Shown piece after piece: positions 56,913 to 64,000 of a stretch of DNA of 64,000 bases. Positions within the stretch are counted from its first letter, which is position 1. Every line of letters starts with the position of its first letter. A program made the position numbers and the translations under genes. This stretch comes from an uncultured virus (IMG/VR IMGVR_UViG_3300025816_000007). Its lineage: Duplodnaviria; Heunggongvirae; Uroviricota; Caudoviricetes. The notes under the pieces were generated by a model. That model ran no database searches. It worked only from the letters and a program-made list of their open reading frames with translations, and was not told where the DNA came from. The stretch is from the IMG/VR virus record IMGVR_UViG_3300025816_000007. One strand, written 5' to 3'.

Positions 56913-57587
56913 TTAATCCGATTTTGTAAGATGTCTTCCCCTCCATAAGTCTGTTGAAATTATCCCATCGGATGCCGTAAGTACAATTACTGAAAACTTT
57001 AGCAGTGTTGGCGTATGCTGAATCGGAATTTGTGTACCGCCTTCTTGTTCATACGGTGCTCCGATATTAAATGTTATTTTGTTGGAATCCATTATATCTA
57101 GACCCATAGGCGCTATCATGTCTACCGCCGCATTAACCGTTCCGTCATAAGTTGTGCCGCCGATATCGAACCCTCCAATCGCCCAAGCGCCGATTACGTG
57201 TGCGTGTCCAGAATCCGCCACAGACCTCCTGGTTGTGGCATTGTTTTCTGTAAAATAGTCATCGGGGTCTGTTGTTGAACCTAGGTAAAAACTTAGTTGT
57301 CCAACTGAACCTTCCGCATCAGTTCCCGTACCATCGAGGTCGATAAATCTAAGCTCTACTACTCCGGAACCATGCGTCATAACTAAAGCTTCTGCATCTG
57401 CATTAGTCGAGGTAATTACACCGTCTGGAGAAACATGCCACCGAGGAGGGGTTTGTCCCGCTTGTGAGGCAGCAACGGATGGATTTGTCAGCAAAATTTG
57501 CCCGCTAAAACACATCAAAGATGCACCTCGACCATTACCGTTTCCAAGTCCGCCTACTGTAAATTTTTCAAATATATCGTTTGCCAT
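56913..57587 (-). CDS. Virion protein, FTxGG family paralog 4
   Basis: EKFTVGGL; HVSPDGVIT; PYEQEGGTQI. Confidence 0.65.
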   Translation of the reverse strand: MANDIFEKFTVGGLGNGNGRGASLMCFSGQILLTNPSVAASQAGQTPPRWHVSPDGVITSTNADAEALVMTHGSGVVELRFIDLDGTGTDAEGSVGQLSFYLGSTTDPDDYFTENNATTRRSVADSGHAHVIGAWAIGGFDIGGTTYDGTVNAAVDMIAPMGLDIMDSNKITFNIGAPYEQEGGTQIPIQHTPTLLKFSVIVLTASDGIISTDLWRGRHLTKSD

Positions 57588-58355
57588 TTAACCACTTCTC
57601 CTAATCCGTCTACTTTTATTGAATTGTTCTAACTCTTCTTCGGACTTCATAAACGGGGCTTTCAAGATTCCACGGACCTGTGTTATAGCAGAACCCACAA
57701 TTTCAAAAGTACCTACAACCATGGTTTCGACAACTTCCATGCCCCTTTCAACAAAAAATGGTGAAAATTTGGCAACACCAAAAACGGCTACACCCATCAA
57801 AGCATAACCTAACAGGCCTTGGCCTGCGACTTGACCCGTTCGCTTCCAAAAGTTTTCTGTGTCGGCTGGGTCGGTTCTGTTTCCATCACCGTCCATGAAA
57901 ACATTGAAAGGATTAGGCACATAATCTGACATAGCAGTTTTGACATAAGCATCTGGACTAATAGTTTCAAGCGAATAGTCTACTGTTGCTACTGCCTTGT
58001 TGACAAAACCCTCTGCTTGTGCTATGTCATCTCTTTTCATCAATAAATACTGCTGAATCATTCTTTCATTTCTGCCTGCTTCTTCTTGAGTCCACCAATT
58101 TTCAAGTACTAATGCATCCGAGTTTAAGTCGCTATTGCCATCAAGTTTGCCAGTGTTAGCCGAGTCTACAGAAGTTGGGGCACCGTCCCCCCTTGGATCT
58201 AAAGAGTAAGCATAGAATCCTCTTGGAGAAGGAAGTGAAAGGTCATCTGGATTTTCTTCGATTGCTTTTTTCCGTTGCTTACTTTCTAATGTCCATTCCC
58301 TCAACGCTAGTTGGTATTCGTTTGGTAGCGTGACACCTGCTAAATTTCTATTCAA
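57588..58355 (-). CDS. Membrane protein
   Basis: TM/amphipathic C-terminus. Confidence 0.65.
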   Translation of the reverse strand: MNRNLAGVTLPNEYQLALREWTLESKQRKKAIEENPDDLSLPSPRGFYAYSLDPRGDGAPTSVDSANTGKLDGNSDLNSDALVLENWWTQEEAGRNERMIQQYLLMKRDDIAQAEGFVNKAVATVDYSLETISPDAYVKTAMSDYVPNPFNVFMDGDGNRTDPADTENFWKRTGQVAGQGLLGYALMGVAVFGVAKFSPFFVERGMEVVETMVVGTFEIVGSAITQVRGILKAPFMKSEEELEQFNKSRRIRRSG

Positions 58356-58681
58356 TTTGATACCCCCCTTTTTCGTAAATCACCGGGAGAACCTGGGTCA
58401 TATAACCAATAATAGTTCTTTCCGGTTTTGAAATTAATTTCAGAATACTGACCGAATGCCAGTATTGAAAATAATCCGAAGGCTGCTATTTCTTGTAATG
58501 TGTTATTGTTGTCTTTTAACAATAAGCCAATAGTTGTACCAATACCTGCGGTAGAAAGCCCTGCTAAAGCTATGTTGCTAAGGAAGGCTACTTTGGTTTG
58601 AGTGGTTTTCCTATCGCTAGTCAAAACATTTATTCCTCGCTCAATTCGGGATTTCTTTTTGCCAGTTCGTGTCTTTACCAT
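58352..58681 (-). CDS. Two-TM membrane protein
   Basis: Basic N-terminus; two hydrophobic helices. Confidence 0.65.
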   Translation of the reverse strand: MVKTRTGKKKSRIERGINVLTSDRKTTQTKVAFLSNIALAGLSTAGIGTTIGLLLKDNNNTLQEIAAFGLFSILAFGQYSEINFKTGKNYYWLYDPGSPGDLRKRGVSN

Positions 58682-58684
58682 CTA

Positions 58685-61600
58685 TTAGCCCTCCACGAAT
58701 CCTAAATCATCATCTAAATCGCCATAATCGGGATTAGGGGCAGAAAGTATGTCCATAACTTCCCCTAACTCATTTTCCATCTTACCTATTGAACCTGCAA
58801 ACCTGTCATATGAAGTTTGACTTGCTGATGCCCATAACTCTGCAAACGGGCTGACGCTATTAGCATCTAAGGTCGGTGCATCACCTTGACCTGTCACAAC
58901 CACAGATGCTGCGTCATATATCCATGCGTCTGCAGTAACGCTCCAAAATTGATTCCATTTAGGAGATTCACGTATTGGCATGCCTCCCTTCTTGATAGAG
59001 TCAATGATGCGCTCGAATGCAACGCTTTCTGGAGTGATGCCCATTGCATATTCCCCTATAGTCTCTAATGGAACCCAGCGCCCCGATAATACTGCACCTT
59101 CTGGAGAAGATTTCACCTCGAAATGGTATATCCTTGTCTTTTGCTCAGTCAAAGTATTCCACCCTCCAGATGCGTATATTGCAGCAGTCATTAAGTTAGG
59201 GTTTACTTTGAGGTTTTCATTTTCTGTAACAACCATTTTTCGCCTCATAACTCCGCTTTTAGGATAGAATACCATGCACCTAATAACCCCTACATCATAG
59301 AATGGAGAAGTAATTTTGCCCATGTTGTATTCATGTATTCCGCCCGTAAATGCTGATTTTTGGTCTAACAAATCAGGGCCAACGGAAGTATCAAACATCA
59401 AATGCTCAATTATGTAGCCATTGTATTCAATTGCTTCCCCGATTTTAGGCGGTACTAGCCTTGTAATCATATTTGAGCCTGTGTCTCTTTCAGCCTCATA
59501 TCTTTGTTCAAAGGATTGTAGCATAGACAAATCAACAATTGAATCTTGAGCAAGGAATATAGTCATTGTATCAAAGAATCTATCGTCGGTATTGTCTGTT
59601 TCTCCAGAAGGCCAGCCTGCATCTATTGTGGGAAACTCAATTCCCATCAAGTCGTATATGCTTCCGGCTTCGGGTTCTTTACCTGAAAGTAACGGGGGAA
59701 TGTTTTGTTGCAGTCTAAAGTTTCTTAGTCCGGAGCTATTCAAATCGCTAAGTGAACCACTTCGAGATATCCTTGCCCCTACAATACCGACAGGGGTAGT
59801 GTCTTGTTCAGTGGTTTTTCTATAAAAGAACCCTGCTGGCGCTTCAATCGCACCAATTTCTATGGTTTCTGGTGCGAACATTGTGCTTCTTGCGATTTGC
59901 ATTTCCGGATATTTTTGTGCAATTGAACTTTGCATCATTGGGGAAAGTTGGTCGTATCTTGTGGAAAGTTTGTATTCGGGGTCGCTTGGATCTCCGATGT
60001 GTTTCAATGCTGATGTCCCGTCTGCATTGATTTGTTTTAACATTTTCAGCATATATGTTCCTGGAGTTATCTCTGCTGACATAATTCCGTTATAGTCTGG
60101 TGAAAGGATTACAATATTCTTAGACGAAACCCATGAATTGTTTTCGTTAGGAATCAATGCGAATTTGACTCCTTCAACTGGCGTAGCCTCCGATATGCCT
60201 TCCCTGTATGCCTTTCTTCCTTCGGGACTCTTAAATTCTTCATACTGTAGAGTTTTATCGTCATACCCCTCTCTTGTATCCGGCAACATTTTGTCTGCTT
60301 GTTCCCAAGAATCAGATGCTTTCGGCCTTAGAACCTTGAATTGCATGTTTATTTTTTGATGAGACGGTATCGCCCCCATGTCCTGAGTAACAGACCAAAG
60401 CGAAACTATTCTTCCGGAACCTGGAGGCATTTCAATCAAATGCATGGGTAAAGGCTCCAAGAATACAGGAATTGTAATTGTGATTCTTTCTGCTACCCCT
60501 CCTTTTTCAAGCCTATAGTTGTGCGAATATAGTAATGTCTTCGGGTCAGCTTTAACTGGGGCTCCTTCTCTTCTTTCTGTATTGTCAGTCGGAGTGGAAT
60601 AAATAAATAGTCTATTGTTGCCCCAATCTTCCATCGAATTGACATTTCTTGGAGTAGTAATAGATATTTTCATAGAACCTGGCGGCATACCTTCGCCACC
60701 CGATGAACGGTATTTGTACAAAGGATGATAGTATAATTCAGGACTTAGAGATCTACCCGCCCAATTAGGAATCAAGGCTCCCGATAATGCTTGACTTGAA
60801 TCGTGCGCCATTCCAGACATACCTGTTTCGATAAGAGTCCTCCCCGATGAAAAGTTCCCTGGCTCTGAGCCGAAGTTTGTTTTGGTTGCGGCCTCTAGGA
60901 AATTAATTGGACCTCTACAAGAAATTTCATATGGCAAGCCGTCAATCAATTTTCCGTTTTGGTCTATGAACCTGACCGCTATTGCTGCCGAGGGTTTTGC
61001 ATCAACGGTTTGTAAGCTGTCTAGTGCTTGCGGCATACTCATTTCTTTGAAGCGTTCCGTGTCTCTTACAGCAAGATACATGCTTCTTTTTTCCCTGTTT
61101 GTCATAATGACCGATGAAAGTAATTCACCGGACATGTAATTTTGAAGCACCGATGGACGGATATCTTTCAAACAACGAATTCTGGATTCTAACGGATATG
61201 ATTCATAGTACAGCCTTGCCATTCTCAAGCCTTTCTTTGGACGACCAACTATTGAAGACAGAAAGCCACTACTGAATTTCAAGTCTAATACATGCTTAGG
61301 TCTCCCCGTATTGGCTGTTCCGTTTCTTTGTAGTTCAATTACAATATCTTCCGGCAATTCCGGCAGAGATAGCATAAGTGTATCTAATTCCTCGAAAGAA
61401 CCTACACCTGCAATTCCGCTAGAATCTGTCGAGATTCCCCCATAAGTGGCAACCATTTCGTCAAATTGAGCGAATGCCTCCGGAGCTGACTTAGTAAATT
61501 CAGCATCTCCTGATTTCGACGGATTGTTTGGAGTTGGAAATAACAAAGTTGCATCGACTTCCCCATAATCCAACACAACAACATAATTAGTCCCCGATGG

Positions 61601-61723
61601 AGACTCTGTTTCGAATAAAGACACTCTTCCACTTGATTTAGCAAGTGTAGATTCAGAAAGTGAATCGCCCACGGAACGGCCCAATAAGCCCCCATAGTAG
61701 GTTTTTGAGTTCATCATTGGCAC
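58685..61723 (-). CDS. Large hypothetical protein (1012 aa)
   Basis: Long ORF; SD GAGGTGA; N-terminal YGGLLG. Confidence 0.75.
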   Translation of the reverse strand: MPMMNSKTYYGGLLGRSVGDSLSESTLAKSSGRVSLFETESPSGTNYVVVLDYGEVDATLLFPTPNNPSKSGDAEFTKSAPEAFAQFDEMVATYGGISTDSSGIAGVGSFEELDTLMLSLPELPEDIVIELQRNGTANTGRPKHVLDLKFSSGFLSSIVGRPKKGLRMARLYYESYPLESRIRCLKDIRPSVLQNYMSGELLSSVIMTNREKRSMYLAVRDTERFKEMSMPQALDSLQTVDAKPSAAIAVRFIDQNGKLIDGLPYEISCRGPINFLEAATKTNFGSEPGNFSSGRTLIETGMSGMAHDSSQALSGALIPNWAGRSLSPELYYHPLYKYRSSGGEGMPPGSMKISITTPRNVNSMEDWGNNRLFIYSTPTDNTERREGAPVKADPKTLLYSHNYRLEKGGVAERITITIPVFLEPLPMHLIEMPPGSGRIVSLWSVTQDMGAIPSHQKINMQFKVLRPKASDSWEQADKMLPDTREGYDDKTLQYEEFKSPEGRKAYREGISEATPVEGVKFALIPNENNSWVSSKNIVILSPDYNGIMSAEITPGTYMLKMLKQINADGTSALKHIGDPSDPEYKLSTRYDQLSPMMQSSIAQKYPEMQIARSTMFAPETIEIGAIEAPAGFFYRKTTEQDTTPVGIVGARISRSGSLSDLNSSGLRNFRLQQNIPPLLSGKEPEAGSIYDLMGIEFPTIDAGWPSGETDNTDDRFFDTMTIFLAQDSIVDLSMLQSFEQRYEAERDTGSNMITRLVPPKIGEAIEYNGYIIEHLMFDTSVGPDLLDQKSAFTGGIHEYNMGKITSPFYDVGVIRCMVFYPKSGVMRRKMVVTENENLKVNPNLMTAAIYASGGWNTLTEQKTRIYHFEVKSSPEGAVLSGRWVPLETIGEYAMGITPESVAFERIIDSIKKGGMPIRESPKWNQFWSVTADAWIYDAASVVVTGQGDAPTLDANSVSPFAELWASASQTSYDRFAGSIGKMENELGEVMDILSAPNPDYGDLDDDLGFVEG

Positions 61724-61732
61724 TTAATCACC

Positions 61733-63994
61733 TCAATAAGTTCTGAATGTTGTCCTTGGATCGTTTGGCAAATGTCTCGGGTGGCTCGAAGAACTGGAGG
61801 TGCTTGTTGATGTCGATAGCCCCAATGTCCCTCTTAGGAAGCTTTGACTCAATTTATTTGTTGCCCTGCTTGTAGCAAGAACGCTTGCCGGCATGTTGTT
61901 AGGGTGAGATGAGGAAGTAGAAGTTGTTGTTGATACCGACATTCCGAATCCAGGTCTAAAAGAAAAACCGCCTCCGCCGTTTGGCGATATTGGCACAAGG
62001 CCGCTGTTGCCGCCACTGCCGGGCATCACAGGCCTAGTCGGGGGCGCTGGTCTTCCTGGGAAGGGAGTTGGCTTTGGCGAATTATTTTCCGGAGGATTGT
62101 TTCTTGGATTGTTAGCCATCCTATTATGAGCATACCCTTTGTTGTGCAATGACTTGTTCATTTCTGAATTCTTTGCATAAACGACGGTATTTCCATCTGC
62201 CGACCAATGTTTGTGTTCAATGAATAAATTATTGTTCGGTATGTTTTTGTTAGGTGGCATTGGTGCACCGTTGTTAGGTGGCATGTTAGGCATGTTGTTA
62301 GGTGGCATTGGTGCACCGTTGTTAGGTGGCATGTTAGGCATGTTGTTAGGTGGCATTGGTCGTGCCCCGTTGTTAGGTGGCATTGGTCGTGCCCCGTTGT
62401 TAGGTGGCATGTTAGGCATGTTGTTAGGTGGCATTGGTGCACCGTTGTTAGGTGGCATTGGTGCACCGTTGTTAGGTGGCATGTTATTAATCACGTTGTT
62501 AGGTAATGCGTTATTACGGACTAAGTTATTCGGCAAGCCGTTGCCAACATGATTGTTGTTGTTGTTGGGCACTAAGTTGTTTGGCATGGTTCCATTATTG
62601 TTAAAGGAATTGTTAACTGAGTTTAGTTCTTCCATCACTGCGAAGTAACCATTAGTCAATATTTCAAATAATTTTACCATCATGAAGTATTCCTCTTTCG
62701 AGGGGGCGTTTTGAGCAAACTGCAACATAAATCCGCTATCTGCAAGATGCCTGAGATGCCTTTGTGCAACGCTGTTTAGTTTATTACCGTATTGTTGGGC
62801 GAAATCAATTGCAATAGAAATTAATTGAGTTGTGTCTAATGTTCCGTACAATTCTTCCACATGCAGAGACAATGCTGTATCCATGGCGAATTCTTGTTCT
62901 GAAACAAATCTCATGTATGTGTCAAATAATGCGCCTGGAGTTTGTATGCGGTATTCTAATTCTGTTACTGGAATCATTGGAGCTAATGTATTGATTATTT
63001 TATAGATCCTCTCAAACATGTGTTGCCTTACTTCCGAGGTCGTCATTTGGTCTAACTTTTCCTTGTAGTTAGCAATCTCATTCACTACTTGTTCGGCATT
63101 GTTAGAATTATTTATTACATTTGCGATAGCATTGTTGTTGGAATTGTTTATTTGATTCACGACTGGAAGTACATCGTTAACAATTGCTTCCAATTCATTA
63201 ACCTTTGAATTGGTAAGACCCGACAGATATTCTAGGTATGCCCTGTCTGCTGGAGCCCAAAGTGGAGAAGATAGTGCGTATGTTATTGCTTGTTTTATTT
63301 GCTTCATTGTTGGTAAGCTAGACTTCGATTGGGCGAATATTGTCCACTCACCCTTTGGGAATACTGCTACAGGGTTTGAATTCCTGTCGGCACTCTTGTA
63401 TGTCCCATTATCTAGGAATTCGATGCTAGAACCACTCATCCAGTCGAAGTACACATTGGCTTGAACTGTGAAGATATCTTTTACTACTGTCGCAATAGAT
63501 GGCCCATTTGCCATAGCCCTTACTGTTTGTTGCATAGTCGAATTAGGTGCCCTGTAGTTCTTGGTAGGATTGTATCCCCTTCCTTGGCTCGGCACATCTA
63601 TTGTAGTCATAGTCTCGAATGTAGGAGTTTCATCCAATGCTTCTTGACGGCGATTAATTTCCTGTTGTAAGTTGTTCAAAGCAAAGGATATTTCATTTCT
63701 TGCAGTAGGATTATTCTCTAAGTCGAATTGTTGCTGTAATTGATTAGCACTCTGCATTAGAGCTTCAAGGGAAACGCCGGTTGGAGTCATGTTATACGGG
63801 TTGTAGTTGTTTTGCCATGTTTTCAGCGATGGATCGCCTCTACGTGGCCTACCTACTGGAGTCATTGCGTATGGGTCGAAATTGTTTCTAAATGGTACTG
63901 CTGGAGCGTTTGCTACTGCGTGACTTGTGTTGTTGATGTCTAAAGCTACGCTATTTTTCGCTTGTTGGACTGACATTTGACCGCACGCAACCAT
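61733..63994 (-). CDS. Hypothetical protein with Asn/Pro/Met repeats (may extend beyond the window)
   Basis: 753+ aa; PPNNGAPM and PPNNMPNM repeats; frame is open to the window edge. Confidence 0.75.
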   Translation of the reverse strand: MVACGQMSVQQAKNSVALDINNTSHAVANAPAVPFRNNFDPYAMTPVGRPRRGDPSLKTWQNNYNPYNMTPTGVSLEALMQSANQLQQQFDLENNPTARNEISFALNNLQQEINRRQEALDETPTFETMTTIDVPSQGRGYNPTKNYRAPNSTMQQTVRAMANGPSIATVVKDIFTVQANVYFDWMSGSSIEFLDNGTYKSADRNSNPVAVFPKGEWTIFAQSKSSLPTMKQIKQAITYALSSPLWAPADRAYLEYLSGLTNSKVNELEAIVNDVLPVVNQINNSNNNAIANVINNSNNAEQVVNEIANYKEKLDQMTTSEVRQHMFERIYKIINTLAPMIPVTELEYRIQTPGALFDTYMRFVSEQEFAMDTALSLHVEELYGTLDTTQLISIAIDFAQQYGNKLNSVAQRHLRHLADSGFMLQFAQNAPSKEEYFMMVKLFEILTNGYFAVMEELNSVNNSFNNNGTMPNNLVPNNNNNHVGNGLPNNLVRNNALPNNVINNMPPNNGAPMPPNNGAPMPPNNMPNMPPNNGARPMPPNNGARPMPPNNMPNMPPNNGAPMPPNNMPNMPPNNGAPMPPNKNIPNNNLFIEHKHWSADGNTVVYAKNSEMNKSLHNKGYAHNRMANNPRNNPPENNSPKPTPFPGRPAPPTRPVMPGSGGNSGLVPISPNGGGGFSFRPGFGMSVSTTTSTSSSHPNNMPASVLATSRATNKLSQSFLRGTLGLSTSTSTSSSSSHPRHLPNDPRTTFRTY
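62247..62485. repeat. Coding tandem repeats (24/27-bp units)
   Basis: GTTGTTAGGTGGCAT-based units. Confidence 0.9.
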
Positions 63995-64000
63995 TTTGAT

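Larger units (their letters stand above)
1..64000. mobile_element. Segment of a large archaeal virus or virus-like element, probably tailless and membrane-containing
   Basis: Packaging-type ATPase, candidate capsid proteins, virion-like membrane and basic proteins, archaeal TFB/RpoH/thermosome homologs; mostly ORFans in long co-directional operons; no cellular housekeeping operons. Confidence 0.8.

Noticed and set aside
62158..62552. CHLTT-repeat and LLGG-repeat ORFs
   Set aside because: Frame and antisense shadows of the PPNN repeats
1..64000. Cellular archaeal chromosome, or tailed (Caudoviricetes) virus
   Set aside because: TFB, RpoH and thermosome are isolated, divergent and surrounded by ORFans; no terminase, portal or tail-tube genes recognised in this window
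1..64000. tRNA or rRNA genes
   Set aside because: No cloverleaf or rRNA-like sequence seen in the few intergenic gaps (by eye only)

Overview
This AT-rich, gene-dense window looks like part of a large archaeal virus genome, not a cellular chromosome. I found no rRNA, tRNA or ribosomal-protein genes, and no terminase or portal genes. Archaeal-type genes include a TFB-like factor, an RpoH/Rpo5-like subunit, a group II chaperonin, RHH regulators and AGGTGA Shine-Dalgarno sites; a marine Thermoplasmata/Poseidoniales host is plausible but only inferred. The window also encodes an FtsK/HerA (A32/P9-like) packaging ATPase, several beta-rich candidate jelly-roll capsid proteins, many small membrane proteins and an H1-like DNA-condensing protein. 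Together these suggest a tailless, membrane-containing (Varidnaviria-like) virion. The most striking signal is a set of giant modular proteins (2789, 1107 and 1005 aa). In them, unrelated enzyme domains (DNA ligase, guanylate kinase, ART-like, DUF3140-like, JAB-like, Zn-hydrolase, YbjQ-like) are separated by a recurring Asn-Pro(-Pro) motif, suggesting a polyprotein processing or cargo-loading system. Other signals are a second LG/GG motif family in virion proteins, a conserved AAAGGGAY-N19-ATG promoter-like motif, a membrane-anchored small-GTPase operon, glycosyltransferases, a serine recombinase and a 137-bp tandem repeat. All family assignments come from reading motifs by eye; no searches were run.
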